Under the pieces are notes generated by a model. It did not search any database. It saw only the letters and a list, made by a program, of their open reading frames with translations, and was not told the DNA's origin. From the human T2T-CHM13v2.0 reference genome, Homo sapiens: 64,000 nt of DNA. Positions 39,677 to 50,590 of the stretch are shown here, piece after piece (the first letter of the stretch is position 1; each line of letters begins with the position of its first letter). A program made the translations under genes and the position numbers. The stretch lies in the NCBI RefSeq assembly GCF_009914755.1, contig NC_060943.1. One strand, 5' to 3'.

Positions 39677-39843
39677 TGCTACTCATCGTGTGTATCATGG
39701 ACCAAGAGTACAGACATCACTTAGGAGCTTGTAAGGAATGCAGAATCTCAGGCTACGCCCTGCACCACTGAAATAGAATCTGCTTTTTAGCAAGATTTTT
39801 AGGTGATGTATACTGTATGCAATTAAAGTTTGAGAAGCACAGA
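39677..39843 (+). mobile_element. MER5A-like
   Basis: catcacttaggagcttgtaaggaatgcagaatctcagg...agaatctgc...aaagtttgagaagcac. Confidence 0.75.
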
Positions 39844-40550
39844 TTTTAAACAGAATGAGCAAAACCATAAGACAATTGAAGCATTTGTAAAATTACCTCA
39901 GGGCTAATTAAGAAAAAATATTTCTTGAGTACCTACTATGTGCAAGGCCTTGATGCAAGGTGGATAGAGTCTCAGCTGGGCAAGTGTTTGTGGATTCTCC
40001 ATGGCTCAAGGCACATATAACAGCCCTAAGGAAAATAATCCATCCTGTGTGGTTCTTAGCTCCTGGGCCTGGCTCACTGACCACACACAGCTATTTGAAA
40101 AGTCTGGTTTTCAGAGAAGACTGTATTATGTAAAAATTAAGTCCTGTTTTAATAAACTTGAGACACTATCAAACCCTGAATTATATTCAACCTTCATGGA
40201 ACGGGAGCATATAATATAACACAAGGAAGAGGCTTATATAATGAAATGTATTTAAAGTAATTGGTCTGTGGAAAGTTGCATTTGGAAACCACAAATTTAG
40301 AAGGAAGAAAGTAATACAGAAAGATATATCTTATTACTTCCAAATGCCCCTATGACTTGGATGTTATTGTTTCAAATTTAGGAATGAGGATGAGGAAACT
40401 GGGACATAGAGAGTTTGGAAACCTGCCTTGGGTTACACGAGTTGGGCCAGGATTTGAAGTGTTGCTCTGTGAGTGGCTGGTTTCAGGAGGGAAGTTCAGA
40501 ATAGCTGAAGTGCATGATGTGGATGGATGAAGGTTGTTAGAGGAGGGAAG

Positions 40551-40625
40551 TGGGGAACTGATGAGGAATGAGGTTGGGGAACTGATGAGGAATGAGGTTG
40601 GGGAACTGATGAGGAATGAGGTTGG
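40551..40625. repeat. 24-bp minisatellite, 3 perfect copies
   Basis: (tggggaactgatgaggaatgaggt)x3. Confidence 0.97.
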
Positions 40626-41351
40626 AAAGGAAGGATGTAGAAGTCAGATTCCAAAGGGCCTTGCAAGTCTCATAAAGGAGCAGCTTGAATATGACTTAAA
40701 TGGTAGCCATCCTATCCAAACTTCAAATTCCTGCTTTAAAGTATTTCTGGAGCTCCTTCATCTTGCTTGATGTAGTGAAGAATATAGTCCTGGCTCAGCT
40801 GCCGTGACTTAAACATGACAAACTGTATTCCAGTAGAAACTGATTTTGGTTGAGGAAATTATTTTACCCTAGAGTAAAATAATCAGGAAAAAAAAACACT
40901 TCCTTATATGAACTTGTATCTTCCTGACAAACAGCATTCATTGTCTATAGTTCTTTTTGCTGAGATACATTTATTTTATTTTAATCTTTGGGTTAGATAG
41001 GACACAATGGACTGTCCTATTTTGTGGTAAGGGTGCCTCACCAATAATCTGTTATAAAAAATAAAGTATTGCACTTTGTGAATGTTTAATATAATTTAAA
41101 AGTAAACTCAGATTCAAAATGTTCCTTATATATAACCATTATATTAGAATTCTTCTTTTTTGAGTGGAAGAGGAAGAAGAGTTATTTTTAGTATACATAC
41201 TATTGTATATGGAGGTGTTTCATGAATGACAATGACATTTCTCAAGTATATCAAGGCAAATGATCAATTGACAAAAAGTGTGGTGCTCTGGGAGGGTGGG
41301 GGGACTCATTAAAGAAGGAATGAGCTAGTGGCTACAGGAGGCTACATTCTT

Positions 41352-41419
41352 TTTTTTTTTTTTTTGACAGAGTCTCCTCTTTCACCCAGGCTGGAGTGCA
41401 GTGGCGCTATCTCAGTGCA
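41352..41419 (-). mobile_element. Severely 5'-truncated Alu insertion
   Basis: T-tail plus ~50 bp of Alu 3' end; perfect TSD gaggctacattctt (41338-41351 / 41420-41433). Confidence 0.92.
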
Positions 41420-41482
41420 GAGGCTACATTCTTAATCCTGGCCAATCATCTTATACTCAAAGAGCCAGGAAAAAAGAGTGTG

Positions 41483-41580
41483 TGTATTAGGGTTCTCCAA
41501 AGAAACAGTACCAATAGGAGACAGATAGATAGATAGACAACATAATTTACTAAGGGAACTGACTCACGGGATTATGGAGG
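41483..41580 (-). mobile_element. MLT2-like LTR end, abruptly truncated
   Basis: tgtattagggttctccaaagaaacagtaccaataggaga...gactcacgggattatggagg. Confidence 0.65.
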
Positions 41581-42074
41581 TTCTTCTGAAATAAAATGGA
41601 AGTTTTGTCTTTGTGTCTGCTTGAGTACCTGCTCAGGAACCCTGAACTTAGTTCTAGGAATGCAACAAATTCTAATTTTTGGATTGCTAACTCAGGGTTA
41701 AAAAGAATCCTGTACATTCCCACTTTATTATCAACCACCTTAAATGTGGTTAATTATGTGAAATTATGGTTAAGGTGAGGGGTAAATATGGAGAAAAAGA
41801 AGGGGGCTTCCCTGTATTCACTAGACTTTTATTTCGTTCCAGGGCTTATGACAGAGCCCAAGAGAGTCAGAGAAGCTTTCTACAAATTCAGCTGTCGCAT
41901 TCATTTTCTTACACACTAGAGTTGCCACTTAAAAATACTAAAATAAAATAAAAAATTAATGTTGACCATCTAACAGGAATACTTGACTCAGCTACTAAGT
42001 TACAAATTTGCTTCATTTTTGGAAGACATCTAGCATCTGAGAATTGGACTTTTCCCAGAAGTTCACTTGGTAAC

Positions 42075-42780
42075 CTCAGGTAAGTCCTGGTTCATCCTGG
42101 AGAGGATCCGAGGGGAAAGCCTGATGGGACCCACGGCCGCCCTGAGAAGAAAGGGGTGCTGTGGGGTGCGGGAGGAGGAGGAGCTGGGAAGCAGGAGCGC
42201 CCGGGACTGGATCTAGCTGGAAAGGGGGCAGATGCTCTCCCGGAATCAGGGTAGGTACCCTCTAGGAATGGGACGTTCCGAGAGGGGGGTGTGTCTGGAA
42301 CATTGGCTAGGGGTCCTTAGAGGTGATTTCTGGGAAGGGAAGGTCTGGGGCAGGGCTGTGAGGAGTCAGGAAAGAAACTGTGGAGTCCGTTCCTCACCCA
42401 CTTCCTGAGCCCTAGGTTCCGAGGCCCCCAGGTCAGGGGGTTCAGTGGCGCAGGAGGGTCCAGGGCAGGAGTTGGTGAGTCACCTCTCAGGTCCACCTGT
42501 AAAGGAACTCTGACTCAGAGCATGAGGGTAGCCCAAGAAGCTTCGACTTCACCCAGAGAAAGTCTGCCCGCCGTTCTGCCCCTGGAGCAGGAGGCACCGC
42601 CCCTCTCTCACCCTTAGAGCCGGCGGCCCCGCCCCTTTCCTCCCACTGGAGCCTGCGGCCCCGCCCCCGCCCGCTCCCGGAGTCAGCGGCCCCGCCCCTC
42701 TCCCCAGAGTGGGCGGGGCCGCAATTGCCTGCTCAGCTTTCCTTGTGACGCCTCATATCCCCCTGGGTGCGCTGTTGCCT
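42075..42780 (-). pseudogene. SWI5 5' remnant, head-to-head partner of GOLGA2
   Basis: Minus-strand 42396-42525 translates VRVPLQVDLRGDSPTPALDPPAPLNPLTWGPRNLGLRKW versus recalled SWI5 VRVPGPVHLRGRSPTPALDPLAPLNPLIRGPRTPGLRRW; QRTQGDMRRHKES and PWVPSGFPLG also match. Confidence 0.75.
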
Positions 42781-42860
42781 GGCTGCGCTTCCTTTTTCTG
42801 TCATCTTTCGCATCGACCAATGGGCTTGGAGCATGGAGGCCACGCCCCCCCTCTGCCCTA
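42560..42860. promoter_or_regulatory. GC-box/CCAAT bidirectional-type promoter
   Basis: Several ccgcccc/ggggcgg Sp1 boxes, CCAAT near 42817 and CpG enrichment between the SWI5 and GOLGA starts. Confidence 0.7.
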
Positions 42861-45382
42861 GTTGGCCCTGGTTACACCTTCTCTGGTCAGTCTCACAGCT
42901 GCGCGGTGGCAGACAGGACTTGTTCCACAGTGGTAACTGGGATAGAGCTGATGTGGCCCCAACCCCACCTCCCTTCCCGCCCTGCCATGTCGGAAGAAAC
43001 CCGACGAGCAAATTGGCAGCAGCAAAGAAAAAGGTACAAGCGCCTGGTGGCAGCCCAACGACCCAGCCCCAGGTGCCGTCTGATGGCAGGACCACGGCCA
43101 GAGCTCATGCCACTCCCGAGGCTCACTGGGTTGGGCCCCCAGCTGCCTCTGGGCTCCCTCTACCAAAGTCTTGTCAGTGAGCCCCTCCCCTCAACAGCCC
43201 AGACCCTGCCTGGAGTGAGATTTGCTTATTTACCATGAAACAGATCTTGGGAAACTGAACTTGACACTTGAATCTTCCTCATATCTCAACCTAGGTGACT
43301 TTGAGTGCCACAGGGTAATATGGGGCATCTTTCTGAAGCATCAGTTTCCCTTGATTCTCTTGAGAGAGAAAAAACGTTCATGGACTTAGGGATGACAGCC
43401 CCATAGATTTCTAAGAGTATACCAAAATTCACTCTGAAAAGAGGCTTGGGTTGTCCTCTTTCTGTTCAATTCCCAGATGTAACAGAAAGGCTGCCTTCTG
43501 CCATGAGGACTCATTGATGTAAGAGTTTGAGAGGGGCTGCTGCACTTCCTACACTAACAGACATGTGATGATGTGTGACTCTAAACCACACAGTACCCAG
43601 TTCCTGCCTACTTAGTGTCTGTTTTTCTACCTCTGCCTCTGGTATTGGGCCCTGGCAGCTGCTGATTTGTGGCAAAACCCCAGATCTTGGAGTCAGAAGA
43701 CAGAGTTCAAGTTCAATTATTGCCTTTTTTAAGCCGTGGTATCAATCCCTCTCAGTCATTAAGTCATTAAGACAACACCTTGTACAGTTGTTTGTGGCAA
43801 TAAATCAGATGGCATAAAAGAAAGTTCTGTAAAAACTGTAAAGGCAGATGTGATTGTAGGGACTTCTCATGAGAATTCCTGCTCTTCTTTTCCACAGTTG
43901 AGAGACTATCAGTGGAGGAACAGCCCTGGTGTTCCTACAGGAGTGAAAAAGAAAATTAAAAATTGCAGTAACCCCGAGACAACCACTTCTGGTGGTTGCC
44001 ACTCACCTGGAGATGTGAGTCTTGGCTGGCCAGGCTCCTGGGGACAGGGGGCCCAAGGGCAGTAGAGGGTACTTGTTAAGATTGTGGAAGAACTGTTGGG
44101 TCCTGGTTAAGAATTCTGGGTTTGAATCCTATCTCTCCCTCTGCTAGGGATATGATGTAGGGCAAATTGCTTGAGCTCTTTGGGCCTCTCTTTTCACATC
44201 TGTAAAATAAGGGTGGTATTGTTTGACTTACACTTGTGAAGCTTAAATGAGATTAGTTATTATTTTTATGTTAATGCCAAGTACAGGGCCTGCCATAAAC
44301 ACCCAGGACACCCAGGAAATGGTAGTTGCTGTTTCATTTTCCTCATCCCCAGTCTCAAGGGAAAGCCAGGCTAATGGGAACAGCCACTTGCCATCAGGCT
44401 GTCTCTTTTGGAGTGACCGAAAGGGCCCAAGGGTGCGATGAGGAGAGCCCCAAGCACTAAGATTGGGAGAAGATCTAACTTTTGAGCTCATCTTTGCCTC
44501 CAGCGTGCTGGGTGACCACAGAAAAATCACTTCTTCCCCTTGGCCTCTTTAACTCCTCTGTAAGATGACACTGGATAAGATCAGTGTCTTTCAGACTTGT
44601 TTTTTAGCTGGAGCCTCCTATGTTGAAGTGAACCCTTACTCAAAAGTCTGGTTTTTTAAATGGAGGTGGAGGTCTAGTGCTCTACCAGATTTATCCCCAC
44701 ATCCTGGGCCTGAGGAGAGCGGTCCAATGAGAGTATTCAGAGCAGCATTGTCAGGTGACTCCACCCTGTGTGACTGCACCACTCAGGGGACTTTTCCATC
44801 TATTTGTTTCTGCCCCTGGCAAGGCAGCAGGCAGCCATTTGGAAGGCACAGCCCCTGGTCTTGATCTCCTCCGCTCTTCTTCAACATTTCGCTTCCCTGA
44901 AGCCACCTCTTCCTCCTCCCCTGAATCTCTTGCCTCTCTCTAAGCCTCTTCTGTCTTTGTCCACCTGCCCTTGTTCTACCCTTTTGGCCTCCTGTGGATT
45001 CTCCTTCCTCCCGCTGCCAAGCATAGCCTGACACCCACAGTGCCAACTCAGAGAGGGAAGAGCCTCCTCACCCAAGCCTCTGGAGTCCAGAAGACAGGAG
45101 CTCCAGGAGGGCCCCACCCTCACACCCTACCTTTCCAGATGCTCTCTCCAGCTGTGCATGCCGCTGAGGCTCCTCTGGTTTGGGGGATACTTTGCCTCTG
45201 GCTTATTTTATGTTGCTGCCATTTCCCTTCTGACTGTTTATGTCTGCTTCTTCACCTGTTTGATTGATTGGGTTTTTTTCCTTCACCCACATCTTTTATT
45301 ATCTTGGAGAAAGTGAGACATATCTTAAAGGTTAGAGGTAATTTGGGAATAACTTTAAGAGCAGGCATATGGAATTTGGGGC

Positions 45383-45675
45383 TTTTTTTCTTAGAGACAA
45401 AGTCTCACTCTCTCGCCCAGGCTGGAGTGTAGTGGTGTGATCTCAGCTCACTGCAACATCCACTTCACAAGTTCAAGCAATTCTCCTGTCTCAGCCTGCT
45501 GAGTAGCTGGGATTACAGGCGCCCGCCACCACACCTGGCTAATTTTTGTATTTTTAGTAGAGACAGGGTTTCACCATTTTGGCCAGTCTGATCTTGAACT
45601 CCTGAGCTCAAGCGGTCCACCTGCCTCAGCTTCCCAAAGTGTTAACATTACAGGCATGAGCCACCATACCCAGCC
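45383..45675 (-). mobile_element. AluS in a GOLGA intron, no TSD
   Basis: Full antisense Alu with non-matching flanks. Confidence 0.92.
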
Positions 45676-48139
45676 TGAGATCTTTTTAAAATTATTTAAG
45701 TTTTTATTTCTAAAGCAAAGTAACTTGACAGTAGAGATCTTTATTGACCGAGTTGTACATTGAGCCTAGCCCTAGCCCTTTTAAGGGGCACTGTGTGGAA
45801 CAGCCTGGGGTCCCCAGACCTAAACTTCTCACTCTTCACCATCCAGTTTTCAAGCCGGTGTGAAGCCCCTGATGCTAACCAGCAGTTATGACAGGCCATG
45901 GAGGAGCGGGCACAGCTGGAAGCACACCTGGGGCAGTGAGGCTTTGCAGAGGGAGGGATGTGGAAGGAAGATGACCCCAGGTGGCTAGGAGCAGGAGAGG
46001 ACCAGTGACAGTCCTTCCTAACTTCTGCACCCATTCTTGCAGGTAATGGAGGCATGTAGACAAATACAACTGGAGAGAGATACATTTGCTGAGATTCTTA
46101 AAGGAGAGAGAGCCACATGGCAGCAGAGGATGAATCAGATGTCGGAGCAGGTGAGACCTGACACTTCAGCCCCCACTTTAGATCTTTCTGGGCATCTGTA
46201 AAATGGGAGGGGTGGTCATGAGTCTGGGCTTTGTGGAGGAGAGGGCAGAGAGGGAGATGGTAGCCTGTCCAGCCAGCAGCCCCCCTCTCCAGGGCCCTTT
46301 CCCCCTGTGCTTTGTGCAGATGCACACACTGAGGGAGGAGAAGGAGTGTATTATGAATCGGTTACAGGAGCTGGAGACAAGCTTGGTGGAATTGAGAAAA
46401 CAGATGAGTAAGCTGAGGCTGGGGTGACCTGGGAGGAGGGCTAACATCAGAGGGCCATGGGGGGTGGGTTAGAATGTCCTAGGGAGGTGGGTGGATGGAA
46501 GGACTTTGAGGCAGAGGAAAAGAGGTATGTGCCAGGAGATGACAAGTCTGGTTATCTCCATGAGCCTCAGTTTCCCAGTCAGCAAAGAGGGAGGAGTGCC
46601 TATTGTCAGCCACCCACACATGTCTGTATCTGTAAGTGGCTTAGAAGATTGGCTACCATCCAGGTGTGGGGAATCATTAGCAGGGAGGCCAAGTTTGTGG
46701 AGCCTGAGAGGAGCTGTGGACCAAGAGGAAGATTTTTTTTAAGATTCCAGAGGCCCTTATTGTCTGCTTTTTTTTCCTCAGCTGAACTCCCAGCCCTGGC
46801 ACCCCCAGCAAGGCCCTCCGAGGTGGAGCAGCAGCTACAAGAGGAGGCTGAGCACCTGAGGGAGGAGCTGGAGAGTCTGGCAGGACAGCTCCAAGCCCAG
46901 GTACAGGACAATGAGGGCTTGAGTTGCCTGAACCGGGAGCAGGAGGAGAGGCTGCTGGAGCTGGAGCGGGCAGCTGAGCTCTGGCGGAAGCAAGTGGAGG
47001 CACAGAGACAAATCCTGTAGACCATGGAGACCACACCGCTGTCAGCCACGTGCTCTCCCAGACCTGTGAGGTCAAGGAACAGCTGGCCGAGCTGCAGAGT
47101 GGCTTCATAAAGCTGGTGCACGGCCCCACCTGGGGAGCCAGCCCTCCTCCCTAGCCCTTTGGGCCTTTGTTTTCCCACCTGTCAAATGGGGCCGTGTAGC
47201 CCTCACGTGAAATGGCACTTCTGAGGGCACCTGTGAGCCAGAGCCCTGCTCCAATGGCTGTGGGGAGGTGGGGATGATTTTTCTAACCTGACTTCACCCT
47301 TCCTGGTGCCATGGGAGGCAGACACCAAGTTCTGGGCTCTCCAGCTGCAATGAAGTTAGCATCTTCTTCGCAGAGGTGCCAAGGATTAAATGAGATAATA
47401 CGTGGAGAGAATTAGGCATGTCGGACACTTAGCAGATGATGGCTGGCTCCTGCTTTTCCACCATTCTGTGGCCTACAGTTTAAGTGGTGGGAAGAAGAGT
47501 GTGAGATTTCATGCAGGGAAGGAGGCATGGGGCTCTAGGCAGTCTCTCAGGCCTGGAGCAAGGGGCCACGGGCCTGGGCAGGAGACACAGCCCTGCAGTG
47601 CCCTAGGTACCCTATTCATAGGCCCAGAATTTGAAAGCAGGCCACCACCTGCAGGTCTTCCTGCAGGTAGAGATGAAGAGCCAAGAGGCTCAGAGTCTGC
47701 AGCCGCAGCAAGACCAGTCCCTGGGTCCCCTGCATCAGTACATGGCCACTTGTCAGCAGCTGAGCTCTGAGATGGAGGCGCTGCACAGGCAGTTACTGCT
47801 GCAGACCCAGCTCATGGACCAGCTGCAGCAGCAGGAAGCTTAGGGCAAAGCGATGGCCGAGATGGCCCACCAAGAGTTGCGGGGGACCCAGGTGTGGGAG
47901 TTGCTGAGGGCGGGTCCCAAGGGGGACGACCTGGCAGCCTCTGTGCCTTCAACTCTCTTTCCCCGCCCCTTAGGAGCACCTGGAAGCTGCCAGCCAGAGA
48001 ACCAGCAGCTACAGGCCCAGCTGAGCCTCATGGCTCTCCCTGAGGAAGGTACGGGAGATCACTCAGAGGAAGAGGAGGGAGCCCAGGAGGAAGGGGGGAC
48101 TGTTAGCAGATAGGAGTGAGGAGTTTAGAACAGCTGGTC

Positions 48140-48340
48140 ACTATGCCGACCGGGTTTCTGCGTTAAGTTCGGCATCAAAACGGTGACCTGGGAGTAGAGG
48201 GGCCACCAGGTTGCCTAAGGATGGGTGAACTGGCCCAAGTCAGAAATGAAGCAGGTCAGAACTCCCCTGCCGGGCAGTAGTGGAACTGAGCTTGGGCAAC
48301 ATAGTGCGACTTTGGTTCTCAAAAAAAAAATAAAAATAAA
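48140..48340 (+). pseudogene. 7SL RNA retrocopy (5'-truncated) in a GOLGA intron
   Basis: ctatgccgaccggg...taagttcggcatca...ccaggttgcctaagga...gcaggtcagaactccc (S-domain), an Alu-like 3' end and an A-tail. Confidence 0.9.
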
Positions 48341-48489
48341 TTACAGCTGCTCATTCCCCTCTGGAGAGGGACTGGCCCAGGGTTATACAGTGACGGTTGA
48401 GGCAGAGGTGGGCCCACCCTACTTCCCTTGTTGGGTCGCGTGAGGACCCCTCTAGCTCTGTGCCCTAGGAGGTAGACTGGACGGAGGGT

Positions 48490-48600
48490 GGGGGAGAAGG
48501 AGGGGCGGGGGGGGGGAGGAGGAGGAGGATGAGGATGAGGAGGAGAAGGAGAAGGAGAAGAAGAAGAAGAAGAAGGAGGAGAAGGAGAAGGAGGAGGAGG
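48490..48600 (+). repeat. G-run plus (GAG/GAA/AAG)n tract in the acidic GOLGA exon
   Basis: Directly visible polypurine repeat. Confidence 0.95.
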
Positions 48601-50431
48601 CGTCTCGGCCCATGAAGAGCATCCTGCAGGACCTGGAAAGCCAGGAGTCCATGGTTAGCCTACTCCCCCTGCCCCACCTTTGCCCCCTCCCTCTGTGGTC
48701 CCTCCCAGACCCGCTTATGCTTTTGGTTTCCTGCTTTCTTATTTCTCTGGATCCTCACCCCTTTCCTGGGAGCCAGTGGTCAGACAGATACCATTTGACC
48801 TGTGACCAACAGGTGCACACTCTGAGGCCCCAAGCGAAGGGCTCCTCTCCACCTCCCTGCCCCGTTGGTCCTGTATATCCCCCAAGAAGAATGCACACCT
48901 CTTGCCTGCAGGTGGCATTTTTAACATCAGCTGTAGCCAGTGCAGATGGGGAGCAGGCTCGGCTCCGTGGGCAGCTGAAGGAGCAAAGGCTGCGCTGCCG
49001 GTGCCTGGCTCACCTGCTGGCCTGGGCCCAGAAGCAGCCAGAGGCAGCAGCCCCAGCCCCAGGGACTGGGATGGATTCTGTGTGTGGGGGGACCCACCGG
49101 GCCCTGCAGGGTGCCATGGAGAAACTGCAGGTGAGTGAGTCTCTTCTGGCATGGGCCAAGAAGGGTGTGAGCGAGGCAGTTCACTGCCGAGATGTGACCC
49201 CATTCTTTTGGCTCCAGAGCTGCTTTATGCAGCTGATGCAGGAAAAGGTGGACCTGAAAGAGCGGGTGGAGGAGCTGGAACATCGCTGCATCCAGCTCTC
49301 TGGAGAGACAGACACCATCGGTGAGGCGGAGGCCAGGGCACGGCAGGGGGAGCTGCCCAGTGGGTGAAGGGAACCCAGCGTCTGAGCCCTGTCCTCTCGC
49401 AGGAGTCTACACTGCCCTCTCTCAGCCAGGGGGCAGCGCTGAAGGAGCAGCACCGAGAGGAGGAGGAGCACATCCACAGGCTAGCCCAGGACAAGGAGGA
49501 GATGAAGGCAGGGCGTGGAGCTTCTCTGCCCGGCGGGGGGCTGCGGGGAGGGTGCAGCTTCAGGCATGGCAGCTGAACACCCTCTCCTCCAGGTGAAGCT
49601 GCTGGAGTTGCAGGAGCTGGTGTTGCGGCTTGTGGGCGACAGGACTGAGGGCCATGGCAGATTCCTGGCAGCTGCCCAGAGCCCTGCTCATGAGCCAGCT
49701 CCAGGGGCCCCAGCCCCCCAGAGCTCAGGGCTGCCGACAAGCAGGGTGATGAGTAGTGCCCTCAGGCGGTTTGGGCAGGCAAGAGCAAGGGAGGCTGGCA
49801 GTGTGCTCAGAGCCCTCCTCCCTCTCTCCAAAGATCTTTGCCAGGTGACCCTCACCAGCAGCGTGGAGCCTGCACAAGGAGAGGCCGGGGAGGGTTCTCC
49901 CCTCGACAACCCCAGTGCACAGCAGATCATGCAGCTGTTTGGTGAGATGCAGAACCCTCAGGAGCGCCCAGGCTTGGGCAGCATCCCCTGCATTCTGTTT
50001 TCCCACCAGGCTGACAAAAACCACCAGGTGAAGATCACCCTCATCTGAAAGCCAGTTGCCTTCAGCAAAGCCAGGAGAAGGGGGGTGGGAGGCTCCGCCC
50101 CCCCATGTCCCTCCCACCCCTTTGCAGTCACCCCTTTACCCTTAAAGTAAATGGATTTAGCCATACTGCTTGGCCTGGCGTATCCTGTTTCCCTCACTGG
50201 GTCCTGGGGTTTGTGCCACTGAATGGGGGCCCCAGAATGTCTGAGCATGTCGAGCTGGGCTGCTGGGGACCTTCCAGGCCTGTTACCTGCATGCTGCCTG
50301 GTGACACCTGGGGGATTCCACAGGTGGAATGGCACCCATGGGGGACAGTCCGGCCCTAATGGCCAACAGGCTCAGAAGCCTGATCTCTCGGTGGCTGGGA
50401 AGGCAGGGTGCCAGCACCCAAGGGCACTGAC

Positions 50432-50590
50432 TTTCATCCAGCCCAGGCAACTTCAGTCCCATCCCCCTGTCTGCCTCACCTGCCTGTGCCTGGTAGCCTG
50501 TTCTGTGCCTTCCGTCCAGCCCAGGCAACTGCAGTCCCATTCCCCTGTCTACCTCACCTGCCTGTGCCTGGTGGCCTGTTGCATCCCTCC
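50432..50590. repeat. 78-bp two-copy tandem duplication
   Basis: tccagcccaggcaact...cctcacctgcctgtgcctggt starts at both 50437 and 50515. Confidence 0.95.

Larger units (their letters stand above)
42951..50150 (+). pseudogene. GOLGA2P9: Unprocessed GOLGA2 (GM130) pseudogene, probably GOLGA2P9
   Basis: Exons at 42951-43033 (MWPQPHLPSRPAMSEETR, 1-nt frameshift), 43898-44014, 45847-45936 (FSSRCEAPDANQQL*), 46043-46150, 46320-46407, 46782-47115, 47667-47891 and further exons ending at 50048 (QVKITLI*, like the GM130 C-terminus). Several stops and missing exons; the symbol comes from recalled locus context. Confidence 0.9.

Noticed and set aside
40551-40625. Short direct repeats as a CRISPR-like array
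   Set aside because: Head-to-tail units without spacers in human DNA; an ordinary minisatellite.
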